Position numbers and translations under genes: made by a program | Shown here: one piece after another, positions 13,175 to 25,140 of the stretch | Layout: every line of letters begins with the position of its first letter | Position numbering within the stretch: the stretch's first letter is position 1 | Notes under the pieces: model-generated | What the model saw: the letters and a program-made list of their open reading frames with translations, nothing else | Told to the model about the DNA's origin: nothing | Database searches by the model: none | Assembly (NCBI GenBank): GCA_021432655.1 | Contig: MU271254.1 | Coordinates: forward strand, 1 to 64,000 | Source of the DNA: Atractiella rhizophila | Taxonomy: Eukaryota | DNA: 64,000 bases | Direction: 5' to 3'

Positions 13175-15381
13175 TTAGAAGACAAGGTAGCTGTTACTGT
13201 GATCAGCCACGCTTCGGAGAATATGAACGATCACGTACCAAACGGCAAGGAGAGGGAATCCGCTAAGCAGGCCGAACCAGAACGTGATCTGAAACATCCA
13301 GGCATCAATTCAAACCCACAACGTAAGGAGTGCAGGAAAGGGGCTCACATTCCCCAAAGCCGGATTCTCCCTCATGAGCTTTATCCTACCCATAGCAATG
13401 AGGGGTAACTGGGCCATCTGCATGAAGAAGAGGTACATCCTAATCTTCTTCGTGACGACGGCCATGACGAGTTCGTGGAAACAAGCGGATAAGAAAAAGG
13501 TGACGAAAGCCGCCGAACCTCGAGAGATGCCGTACGTAGAACGAGTGGAGGCGTAGACGTGCTTCATGAGGAAGGAGTGCACCGGTTTGTTCCATCGACG
13601 CGCGAATTGGTCCCACGTCACTGAGTTCCACCAGTCTTGATAGAACTCTCGGTCCGCAAACATCGTCAACTTTATCCATCCATCAGTCTCGAATGCTGAA
13701 AGTGAGGGGAACTTGACAAACCTCAGCAAAAGCGTTGCAGATGCACTCGAAAATGATGTAGAAAATGAGAAGGTATTGTACCATAAAAGGAATGGCTAGA
13801 TCGAGAGCGACATCTATAAAAGATTTGTATTCTCCAGGAGATGGAGCGATGGGATAAATGTAAAATTCAGTGATCATGATAATGAGCGAAAAGGTTCCGA
13901 ACGTCGCAAGGACCTTTTCAAAAACATAAACAGGTCGAATTCTATCTCCCCATCAGGTTTGATTAACAGATGTCTAAGGGGAGACGACGAACCGGTTTGT
14001 CCTGGGATACTCTAGTTCGTAAACTAAGGTTGGGACGAGCAGGTAGTCGACAAAATTGAGCATTGTAATGTTCGCGGGCCATCGAACCTTCTTCACTCCA
14101 TCACTAGTGAGAGCTTCTTCCAAATCAATTGCTTCATTCGCCAGCTTGGAAAGGCTCTCGTCAGGATGCCAAGAAAGGAGCTCGAGAGAAGCGGTCGGAA
14201 GATCAGGCTCAAGTTTATGTCCCGCGGTAAGAGGAGAACGAAGAGAAGAGGACGTGGTTCGCCGACGTTGGTGCATGGTGGCATCAATGCTGACTGGTCC
14301 TGGAGCACTCTTCGACTTGGTTGGCACGGCGGGGACCTCCGCGGAGGATTCTCGTCGTCGTTCCTCCTCGTCCCGATCAGTATTCGTGGGTTTGGACTCC
14401 GTCGCAGCTTGCAGTCGCTTCATCATCTCCTCCTCCCTCAAATATTTTTCCACCTCAACTCTCGCTGTTCGCCCGACGACAGCCGTGCCACCGAGTTCTT
14501 CGACCACTTGCTCCAACTTGGCGCGCTTTTTGTCCAACGATATCTTCTTCGAAGACATCAGACCGTTGACGGCAAGGTAAGAGTGGATCTTCATCAACAT
14601 TGCGATGGTGTGAAGAGTCAGGAATCCCGATTGGACCCAGTACCAGTTCCTGGCTTACATCAGCTGACGTGCAAATTCCAAGTTGTTGGCACACCTCTTG
14701 AAGGTCCACAGAATGGCAACTCCTACAAAAGCGGCCTGCCAAAAATGTTGTATGATGTTTCCTGTCCAGTAATAACGCAGCCAGCCTTTCTCTATCATCT
14801 GCTCACCCAATACGTAACCGTGGTGAACAGCAGAAGCAGAAGCTCACCTTCATGAATGGCACACATAACAGCGTGCTACCAACCATAAGACCATCACTGA
14901 TAGCCAAATGCAAGGCGTCTGCGCTGATCAAAGACCAAAACTTCCACCCCTCCAGACTGAGGGGTTCACCGTTCCTGAACGTTCGTAGACCTTGAATGAG
15001 AAGGAAAATCCAAAAGAGAGTATAGAAGCCTCTGAAAGGGTCGACTTGAGAGTTAGGATTGAACCTATCGAAAGCGGAGAATCTCGGTTGGAAAGTGATG
15101 ACATGCTTGACCTTGACTTTTTGGCCCCTAGCAGATGCTTTAGAAGGTATCTTTGCGTCCAGTGGACGAATATAGAGCGACCCGTCCTCCTGTACTTCAT
15201 GGGTCACCCTGGAAGCTCCCAGATGAGTTATCTTTGTTGTTCCCTGCTGGTAGGGAGTGTCGGAGTCGTCCATGTTGTCAGAAGAGACGATTTCTGTTGT
15301 TCCAACTGGCAAACCAGGGGTCGAAATGCCAGAGGAAGAAGAGGATGTGTTCCCTCGAGGGAGTGCGAGCGGGGTGGTCAT
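13175..15381 (-). CDS. Sterol O-acyltransferase (MBOAT, ARE1/ARE2-like)
   Basis: LMKIHSY, PTLVYELEYPR, FADREFYQDWWNS, RRWNKPVHSFL, SACFHE motifs. Confidence 0.93.
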
Positions 15382-16782
15382 TTTGAAGAGGGAGAGAGTG
15401 CAGCCCGGGCTGTTTATTGAAAAGCGAGCTTCGAGGACGTCCAACGAAAACACCAACCAATCCCAGTAGTGTAACACGAGGAACTAACGATCTCGCACCT
15501 TGTTCCCGTTGATATGCTTCTGCTATGTGCTTATTGCCTGCTCGCTACAGACCTGAGGCTGTTAGTGGCCTATCGTTGTGGATGTCGTGAGTTTCTGGTG
15601 GCGATTTTGTAGCTCTATAATTGCCGGAAAGCCGTGGAGCTGATCCCTGTTACGTCACCAGGCAACATCAAACCTGTGAATCATGTTATGTTCTTGTTCT
15701 CCTTCTCGCGAGCCAAAACAACGAAGTTATCGGAAATCCCAAAGGAAGTTTTGACGATTTCAGGGCAATGTACCAAGACATTGTAGCGCATCAACTGAGG
15801 CAGGAGAAAGAGAAGATGTGTTTTGTTTCCGGATAGGTAGTTTACACCTTTCGTCTTTCAAGTTCTCGCTTTCACTTTAACCGCTTGGACTGTTTTCTTC
15901 CACCCGTGACGGTTGGACCATGAAGTCCTGAAAACTTGATGGTGACTGTGGAAAGTTGAACATTGATCATGAAAGGTCATGTCCTTAGTTTTGATGTGCG
16001 CGATTTTGAAGTGGCAACTTGGCACTTAAAATCCATACAACGCGGCATATTTATCAACCCTACAAGCATAGTGGAATGTTCTGCTTCGCCTAGGTGAGGT
16101 ACATGTTTTTCCGAACACCAGAAAGCAAGTCGTTCACAAAGTTTATTGCTTTGGAGTATCATTGGGAGGGCATTTGCCAAATTTCCTGAAGGTTTTAACT
16201 TCTTCTTCTTGAGAGGATCTCTTCAAAGCAAAGTATGGAACGGGCATGCTTTTTTGCAGCATGTCTCGAGACTGGAAGTAGGACCGGTCCAAATCCACGC
16301 TCACCGCCTGCTGCCACACTTCACCTTTTCTGATTGCACACAACAAGGATCCTTTCTGATATTTGAGCCTATCGAGCCTTAGGTGCTTGGATGTACGTCA
16401 TGTTGTCTGACCAGGACAAATATGGTGATGCAGAGGAAGGAGGACTCTGTCGCTACCTACATATATCCTCGTCACCCGCTTGATCACATCCGAAAAGGAT
16501 TGACGATATCTAGCAAAGGGGAGGTTCATATCTCGCTAGCCTAAATCATACAGTCCACCCTGTTCACTGTGCTTAAACGAGCATGTAGATATGAACATGT
16601 GTGGCTGCCTTGTTGGAAAATCGTGCTCAGTTCTCCTTCTTTAATTTGTATCAGGAGTGTTGTCAAAGGGGAGGAACAAGATATTGTCAACATGACATCC
16701 CGTCTGTGGTTGGGGAGATATCTAACCTGATCGATTTGTAAAGGGAACTTCCTCGAACGGCCCCGCCATGACCCCTCCATTT

Positions 16783-16791
16783 CTTATAAAG
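16783..16791 (+). promoter_or_regulatory. Candidate TATA box
   Basis: CTTATAAAG about 75 nt upstream of the ATG at 16865. Confidence 0.4.
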
Positions 16792-16864
16792 CCAGCAGGA
16801 TTTTCTGCATGAGGCAACAAGTAGTTTAATCTCTTTCCTTCATCTCTAAGTCGCTGACGGGAAA

Positions 16865-17395
16865 ATGCTCGCTAAATCTGTCATCATCTCTGCCCTCGCC
16901 CTTCTGGCTTCCGCATCCGACTTTGAGAAAGTCAAACGTGGAAACTGCCCCGACACTCTTGTCTGGGATACCGCGAACGGAAACGTTATCCCTCATGAAG
17001 ACGGCTGCTGGGCTTTAGCGACTCAGGGGATCCGCTTCCCAGTTGGAAAGACCAAGGCGACATACACAGTTGTGGTTCGTCATCCTCTTGTGTGCATTCA
17101 CGCTCTGAACCTCCATCAGGACGCCGCTACTTGTGCTGAAGTCGCTCTTCCGAACGGGATTGGGATTCGGCGAGGTTTCTGCTATGGCGACTGGTGCAAT
17201 TGTGGAGCCGTCAGTCCCACCTGTCCTATCACTGTCGGGGCTAGCGGTACTGGAGCTGTTTCCATTACTGCTCCCAGCGAGTACCAGAGCGACAGCTTAT
17301 GGAGTTCCATCTCTATGAGTACGACGACGACTACGGCCGAATTCAGTTGTGACAACATAAAAAATCTTTACCTCCCTAAACTTGTTTTCGAATGA
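16865..17395 (+). CDS. Small secreted cysteine-rich protein of unknown family
   Basis: Hydrophobic signal peptide MLAKSVIISALALLASA, KR dibasic site at residues 24-25, and 8 Cys after removing a likely in-frame 45-nt intron (17075-17119, GTTCGT...CTGAAC...CAG). Confidence 0.75.
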   Translation: MLAKSVIISALALLASASDFEKVKRGNCPDTLVWDTANGNVIPHEDGCWALATQGIRFPVGKTKATYTVVVRHPLVCIHALNLHQDAATCAEVALPNGIGIRRGFCYGDWCNCGAVSPTCPITVGASGTGAVSITAPSEYQSDSLWSSISMSTTTTTAEFSCDNIKNLYLPKLVFE

Positions 17396-17585
17396 GTGAG
17401 CTTTTCACCCAGCAAGCTTCCTTACTTTACTCACATTAGCGTAAAAGGACATGCTATTACGCAGCCATCCCTCGTTTTGAGCAGAATAACCTGCTGTCAC
17501 TGGCTCTCTGTTTAGCGCAAGGATCTCTATATTATTGCATTTCTACGTTCAATTACCCAATTGTAAACCCTATCGAACTCTGGAA

Positions 17586-19310
17586 TCACATGATGAACAA
17601 CAAATCTGTGTCGATTGGATGACAAGCCGAAAGCTGAGGCTTCTGACTATACTTCTCCTTGAGCTCCTCCCTGATCGTCTTGAGCAATTGCAAGTAGCTC
17701 TGCTGGGGATACTTGGTCAAACTGGCAATGAATGCGTAGCTGTTCCCCTTGTTGAGCTCCGTGAGAAAGAACGAGCTGTGGAACACGAACCTCATAGCTC
17801 CAGTAGCCTCTCCTTGAACCTGGGTATCCGCGCTCGTCTGATCGTCCCTGCAGCCGCTAAACATGATTACCTTTCACACCTGTCAATCACGGCTTTCGTT
17901 TAAGGGGGGGGGGGGAAATACGTCAGCAGGAGAAGTATTGTTTTTGATCGTTGCCTCGTGCGCCTTATCTGCCTTCTCTGCCATCATGGTGATCTGTTTC
18001 ATAGTCTCTAAAGCTCCTCTGGCGTCGCCAGCAAGATAGCTCTTCAGAGCCTCCATGGCCCCGCCTCCTGTTTGATCAAGGACATGACCGTAGGGTTCTT
18101 TGATCTTGCCCTCAGTAGAATACATGTACGGCAGGTCGAGGGCAGAACCAGAGTGACAGCAGTCGAAGAGCCTGCCAGAAACTTAAGAAGATTGCCCAGT
18201 GAACGTACTTAGGACGATGCGTACGCAGTAAGACGACAACCAGCAGGAAGTGGTCTAACGAGCAGGTCGTGAATCATGTCGTCGACGATTTGCCCCTCTT
18301 CGATGTAGTCAACAGGACAAATGGTCTCATCAGCACCTGAGACCAGAATTGTGAGGCTACGGTCTATCACGTTGGAATGAGACGAACCATCATGCTCATC
18401 ACCGTCCCCTGCGCCACCACGCTCGTCGGGAACTTGACCTCCATGCCCAGAATAATGAAATACCAGACTGTCGTTCGGCTGAGCATCTTGTACCAACCAC
18501 CTAGAGGCACGTTAGCCGAACACTTCGGGTGTCCACAACGTACTTCATAGCTAGGATAATATTCTTTCCAGTAGGTCGGAAATTTTCTTCCGTCCCTGGT
18601 TTATCCAGGAGTACCAAAATGTCATCGTCTTTAAAATCGTAGCCTTCTATCAAAAATCTAATCCCCCAGAGTTAGACATCGTCTGATGCCCCGAATTGAC
18701 CAACCTTTTCACGTTTTCGGCATCATTCCAACATCCGCGCAACTCAGCCTTCGTTCCCACATAGTTAATGCCAACGCAAACTGCCTTCTTCTTGCCACTA
18801 GATAAAGGGGCATTAAATCTTCTCCTCGAGCAGGGAGTGCGGCGAGCCTACCTGCAGTCGGAGTATGTCCACCAATCGTCCGCCCCTTTCTCCGGAGAAA
18901 GATGGAGCGCGCCGACGTCGGGAGGTTCCAATGCACCTGGCGGTTTTGGGTCGAGCGGCCCGCCATAGTGGTGCGGGTGAGGAGGAGCGGGAGGAGGCGT
19001 GAAGGTGTCCGCGGGGTACGGGTGCTCATGTTCTGCTTCTTGTTAGAGTGGAGGGCGTTGCAGATCATTACTGACCCTCAACCTCCTCGCTGTCTGACTT
19101 CTTCTCAGATTCATCCTCCTCCTTTTCTTCCTCCTCTTCTGCCTTCGCGGACTTCTCCTCTTCCTCCTCTTCATTGTCATTCTCGTTATTTTCTGCATCC
19201 TCTTCTTCGTTTTCCTCCTCGTCGACAGAGTTTTCGTCTTCGTTTTCATCCTCTTCTTCGTGGTGGACGTTCTCCTCCTCTGACTCAGGATCGGAATGGT
19301 GACGAGGCAT
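17586..19310 (-). CDS. Type I metacaspase with acidic N-terminal extension
   Basis: [17 protein letters not shown]...LRGCWND; catalytic HYSGHG and [28 protein letters not shown]-terminal exon is ~80 aa and D/E-rich. Confidence 0.92.
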
Positions 19311-19647
19311 TTTGATTGATTTGCGCTGAAACAACACAATCACTACTCCAACGAATGATGTTGAGAATGGAAGTTGGTATACCTTTTGAATTTCAAGCCT
19401 TTCTTGTCACCGAGAAGAAATTCTACGGTGTATGAAACGATGTTGTGAGCTTTTAAAGAGCTGAGGGCTGCGACTTGGACTTGGAGTGTTGCACATTGAA
19501 CGTTCAGAGGGACGTCACTCGACAGAAGCAAGTTGGCTGTAGAATGATTGCTTTGCACATACATACTATACATGCCCACAACAGCCTGTTCTTCCGTAAG
19601 CAAACTTCGGTAACCCCGGAGACGACTTACAAGTCGGTGTCTCACCA

Positions 19648-21151
19648 CTACTCATAGAACGCGCCCCACAGCTCAGTCTGCTGCTGCCTACTTTCCAACC
19701 TGATTTCTGTTCCTGCTTTCACGAAGATGCTGTGGCCTATTCCTAACTCCATCCTCTCTCCTGTGTCCATCTTGTTTTCAATCACAGCCGAACCTTTGAG
19801 CACGAGGAGGACGAGCGGGCCGCCGAACTGGAGCAGCTCAGATTCACATCCTGAGAGGGAGGTATGCAGAAGATTGAATTCAGGTATCGGAGGTGAGTAG
19901 ATAGTCGTGAATGAGGTCCCGGGGCGGGAGGAGCGGTTTAGGCGGAGAGAAGAGGCTGGGACGTGGCGATAAGAGAGCTGGTAAAGAGGTCAGGTCAGAC
20001 GGATTGAGACACAGAAGATCAAAACCATGTCAACGAATGTCTGCACTCCGCCTGCCTCTTGGCCCAAACCATGGCATACCATGTTATCGCTGTTTGCCAT
20101 GCATTCTACACAATCTCCTTCAACGTAAGCTGATGCCCAGCAGGTCAGTCCACTTCTACCTCCTGAAGGAACTTGTTACCGTGTATATCATCTGCCAGGA
20201 TCCACATTCCTTCTCCTTCCTTCACGTTTACCAAATTCATCATAAACGTTGTCACTAGTAAGCCCACGTCTTTCCCGTAAACGTCCCTACACTTGTTCCA
20301 GATACTCATGGAGCCTTGAGGCAAAGATTTCTCTCCTTCCTTCTCGATAGCTTCGATGGACTCTGCAATATCATCCGCAGTAAGGGTGATAAGACGTTGG
20401 AAGATTGCTCTGATCCCCGCCTTCTGCTCCTGGTCGCTTGAACTTGGATTGTGCTGGGATCTGAGGAGCGGCAAATCAGGAAGGAGTCGTTTCATTGTAT
20501 TCGAACGGTCGAGATTTGCGTAGATCTCTTCAAGTGGACAAAATCCAACGAAGGCCGTGAAGTCCGCCAATGCTACAAAACATTCTGGCTTTGCGTTGGC
20601 GTCTACTTCCAGTCAGATATATGTGATGTAACTGAGAGGCGTAGTTCGCACCAACAAACTCTCCTCCACCACCAGTGACGCGTTTTGCAATGTCAGACAG
20701 CCACAGTTTTGTACCAAGACTCTTGTCAGGGTGAGCTTGGAGAGGCAACGCTTTGTCGAAAGAGAGCACTTTGAAAAGGAAAGGGAGCCAAAGACCCCCC
20801 GCGTATGGTTGAAGAGCCGCCGCTTTCTCCCCCAAGAATTCGACTGGATTGGAGCTGATAATTTCGTGCAACGTTTTGGATGAAGAATAGAGTGTGGAGG
20901 ATCCATTGGGATGTGTGGACCCGATCCAAATTTCACCGTATGCTTCAATGGCCATGCTCGTCAACATAATGCGTGGTAAGAACACGAAACTGCGTACGTT
21001 GCTTAGGATCAATGGACACCTCTTCACCCAAAGCTGATTTGGCAAGCTGTGCGGCAAGCGACTTTTCACCTTCCTTCCCGTATGGAAACGGTTGAAGCAC
21101 TGGCTTCAAGAGAAAGATTGTGGGAGAGGAGTTCACCGTGGTGCTGGTCAT
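19648..21151 (-). CDS. Mannose-6-phosphate isomerase type I (divergent)
   Basis: YGEIWIGSTHPNG, LPFLFKVLSFDKALPLQAHPDK, KPE, DVG, ADDIHAY, ECMANSDN motifs. Confidence 0.88.
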
Positions 21152-21929
21152 AATGCGCACAGATGCTCTGAAGCTGCCTTGAATCTGCTCTGACCTGCTC
21201 GTGGTTGAATATTGAATTCTGGGATCAATCAGATCCTGGGATTCGTTATCAAAAATTATAACCGGTCAAGGTGGTCAACGGCGAGACGACATTTCACGTC
21301 ATCGTTCGAGATGCTTCCTAAACGAGTGACTTTATGGGTTGGGCTGTCAGCAAGTTTGACCATATTGTCACAGACGGCCAGGCTCAAAGTTCGAGTGATT
21401 CTAGTTGAAACAGTCAGACTCAACTGGCTGAGCTCTAAAAGAGACAGTAAAAAGAACACAGCGCGGTGATATCGACAGACTTGAGCGTTGCCGTATGATA
21501 GTAGGCTCACCTTTCTTTTGCCCATCTTCACCATAATTTGCCGCATCAAATTTTCAAATCAGCAAAAATGTTGCTAACAAACTCGTCGAAGATACTACCT
21601 CTCTTCACAAAATCAGCTCAGTACACAACATCATGGTTGCAATTCTTGTTGAAGTTAGCAAATCGGGACAAGTTGGAATAGAGAGATTCGAAAACGGCGC
21701 TTTTATTTCATTTCGAAAGGATTCACTGGTGTTCTATATCTGATGATTGGATATTATTTGAGGAATGTAGGTTATAATGAGGACTTGCAATGTTTTGATC
21801 TCCTTCCTTTCGGCCGAGCTTCTTTTTGTCTCCAGCTCCGGTCGAGCACATAAAAAACGCCGGGGCGCCTTGATCACTTTTTGTCCTTGTCCTTTTCTGA
21901 AGGGCGCGCACGGATGTTGAGTTGTTGAG

Positions 21930-23598
21930 ATGACGGATTATTGGGTCTCAAAGGGCAATTACTGGTGCAAGGCGCGTCACTGTCACTTTCTTACGTGATC
22001 TTGGAGAAATTACCCTGAAAAATCCCACTAGTTCTGCGAACAGTTCATCAGGGACGATGCTCCGTCGAGGCAGCAGCACGAGAGTGGTCTCAAGCATAAA
22101 GAGAGGCAAAGGACTTTCGTGAACAGACAGTATAAGGAGGCTGAACATAGGGAGCGGGAGAAAGCTAATGAGGCGAGAGCTATTGCATCCATTAATCAGG
22201 TACGCTTTCCTGGCATTTTGGGGGGCGAAGGGGTAACGAGGCGTGTTTCCGCAAGGCTGCGGGAGACGCTCCACCACCACCTGCAGCAGGAACTTCGAAA
22301 GCAAAACCTGCCGCTTCAAGAGACCCGTATGCGAACTACTCGACCGCCGCTTCGCTAGGATACCACGATGACGGAGAACGCTTCACGTCGGGTGGCCAAG
22401 AGGGTGTCATTGGCCAATGGCAGACCGTTCTCCCATCAGCTGCTCCTCCGAAGCCTTCAGAAGAGCCTGTTCAACCTCAGTCCACGAAGGTATCCTTGCC
22501 GTCAATTTCAGCATGGTTTGGAAGCCATCCTAGCGGTCAGGACATGCACATGCCTATGAACTCTTCGATGTTTACGGAACGTGGACACCCAGAAGGAGAA
22601 ATATACGATCCTGGTCAAATTCGGACAAGAGACGCCGCTCGCCTCGGTGGTCGCCCGTCCCCGTTTCCTGCTTCTCATCATGCCCCGAACAACATTGTCT
22701 GGACCAATCCCATGACGCACGTCGTCGACCCACATCGAGCTCTTCCGCCCATTAACACACCACCTCTCACTCAAAGAGACTTCGCTCATCCACCTCAAGA
22801 CTATCCAGGACGACAACCAGTCTATCAGAACCAGCTTCATCAGCAGTACGCAAACGATTCTCAGTTCGCAGACGAGGTTGGTCCGCCGGAAGGTCACTCT
22901 TGGACGGTTTCGACGAGCGAAGGAGAGCCAAAGATCAAGCGACCGAGGAATGCATGGATCATCTATAGGAGCGAGAAGCTGAAGGAGTTGAAACCTCAAG
23001 CTCCACAAGCCGAGTTGAGCAAAGCTTTGGGAGAAATGTGGAGGAACGAGCCACCGGAAGTCAAAAAGGAATATGAGCGTAAGGCGGAGGTGGAGAAGGC
23101 TCAACACAACAAGGCTTTCCCAAGTATGTCTCAAGCTTGACTCTGTCAACAACTCATTGACAGATTTTGACAACAGATTATCGTTTCCAACCGAAACCGA
23201 AGCGTATTCGAAAGACAGCGAAGAAAGCGGCCGACTCCTCCACATTCGACGCTGCTTCTGCCTCCACTCCTGCGAGCGTCTCCACCTCCTTCCGTGACAA
23301 TTCGGCAGGCGAGTCCAACGATTATGATATGGACGATCCAGACTTGGATGCCGCCGGTTCTCCCACCTCTGACTCTGGGTACCCTTCGGTGCCTGAAAGC
23401 AGCTCGTCTCCAAGCGTATCTCGCTCTGCACTCCCCAAGACTGAACTCCCAAATGAAGCTGGCCCTAGCGCATCTCACCAACCTGAACGTGAGGCAGAGG
23501 AAGAGAAACCTGCTAGTCGGGCGGACGACGAAGGAGGCGGTGGACCAATGTTTAAGAAGAGGAAGACGAACCGTTCGACGCGCACCAAAGGCACTTGA
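21930..23598 (+). CDS. U1-type (matrin) zinc-finger protein, FBP21/WBP4-like, with in-frame internal HMG box (predicted 499 aa)
   Basis: Exons 21930-21971, 22032-22199, 22256-23123 and 23177-23598 splice in frame. Motifs in order: MTDYWVSKGNYWCKFC...HESGLKH, PYANYSTAASLGY, KIKRPRNAWIIYRS...FPNYRFQP, C-terminal MFKKRK. Confidence 0.8.
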
Positions 23599-24669
23599 AC
23601 GGCACTCTACAGTTCGAGCGTACTCTACAACTTCGGCTTCCTGAGCGCCTTCTGTTTAACGTAAATAAGATTTGTGATTCGTTTGGATCCGTCAGTCCCA
23701 GAAGAAGTGGCACTTCATTCGAACAACAATCAGACTTTCTCCATTACACTTCCATCTTCGTGTTTTTTTTTCGCAACATATTCGACCACGACCAATAACT
23801 TGTCCAGAGCAACGATCGGTGCCGTTTGTCGATTTTATCCGTGTCGCTTTTCCTCATCGTACTTTGACCACACCAACCTCCTAATCATAATCAAGCTGAC
23901 ACCGTCTTCTGCTTGCGTTGCGTTCTGCTGCCTAATTCTTAGCCAGGTGTTACTCATCTTCCCTTGTTTGAATATGCGATCTTTCTTCGCTTTTCAATGC
24001 AGAAAGTTGATCAAAGATATATTTCTTATGCACCGTATTTGGTGCCTCCCATTTTGATTCTGTGTTCTTTTTCTTTAGCATTTTTGAACTGCTTTGCGAT
24101 TAGCGATCCCGTATCTACAATAGTGTATGCTACTACCGTAATCTTTCAGACCTTGTCGTCTACTTAAACCTTAAGAAACGCATGAAATATATGTAATTCA
24201 TCCTCTTCATTTGCTTCTGAGTTCTTTGTCTTGTTTGCCTTGACGATTTGTCTCCTTACCTTCATGATAACATATACGGACCTCTCCTTGCTCCCAAGGA
24301 GCAAATTATTTCAGGGAGGTCGTCGAGTTAAGATAGTGAGCAGAAACAAGCGGCCCGACCCGTGACGTACAAGATAAGGTAACGGCTAAGAATCTATGGC
24401 TAGATTGCATCATGGATGATGGGACGACACTGACAATAAGCAAACGTTTTGGCATTCGTGTAAAGAGACCATCATATCACCCATGAAGAAAATTCGAAAC
24501 GAGAAGATAGGAGACTAAATGAGGCAGAGATACAAGTACAAGCAGATGGACAGAAAAAACCGAAGACCCAGATAAAAACACCGTCCTAAAAACCAACCCC
24601 ACAACCTCGTCAGAACCCCATTCGATGATAGATAAGAATAAAGATAAGAGGACGCACCTATCAACTTGG

Positions 24670-25140
24670 TTACCCCTGACAATCTTCAGGAGGACACTCG
24701 AATCTCGTCTTGTGCCTCTTCCTAGGAATCATGACCTCGACCCTCTTGACACCGGGAATACTCTCCAACCACTTCTTGCAATCCAGAGTCTCCTCATCCG
24801 GAGGGTTCTTCGTTGGCTTCGGGAGACAATAGAGATGTTCGTTGTCAAGTTGCCCAACGAGTCCGACGTATGTGAGAATCTCCGACGGCGCAGACGAACT
24901 CGAGGACGTAGAGGAATGTGTCGAGCGGGTGAGGTCCCTGCTCAGGGTCTTGGGAGAATCGGTGACGCTCGAGTCATCAGGGATGTCTGCAGATGGATGA
25001 TCTTGGTGCGGGTCTTCGTGGTCGTGAGGCTCCGGGGAATCAGCAATGACGGAGAATGCTCTGGGGTGGTAGTTTCGATTGGAGGATACATGGAGATATG
25101 TATTCTCGTTGTACTTGAGAGCGATTGGTGGGTTGGACAT
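24670..25140 (-). CDS. Small hypothetical protein, possibly kexin/S8 prodomain-like
   Basis: Intronless 156-aa ORF with good start context (caccaccATG). Motif YVGLVGQLDNEHLYCLPK...LESIPGVKRVEVMIPRKRHK. Confidence 0.55.
   Translation of the reverse strand: MSNPPIALKYNENTYLHVSSNRNYHPRAFSVIADSPEPHDHEDPHQDHPSADIPDDSSVTDSPKTLSRDLTRSTHSSTSSSSSAPSEILTYVGLVGQLDNEHLYCLPKPTKNPPDEETLDCKKWLESIPGVKRVEVMIPRKRHKTRFECPPEDCQG

Noticed and set aside
15500..16780. Short ORFs in the long intergenic region
   Set aside because: No coherent exon chain or recognisable domain.
22920..23200. Mating-type locus suggested by the HMG box
   Set aside because: No pheromone, STE3 receptor or homeodomain genes seen in the window.
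22508..23452. 314-aa antisense ORF over the HMG exons, and similar shadows at 47412..48080, 14166..14855 and 10067..10663
   Set aside because: They lie opposite well-supported genes and have no recognisable motifs.
23674..24600. Short hydrophobic ORFs or a possible gene relic
   Set aside because: Non-ATG starts, T-rich composition, no motif or consistent splice model.
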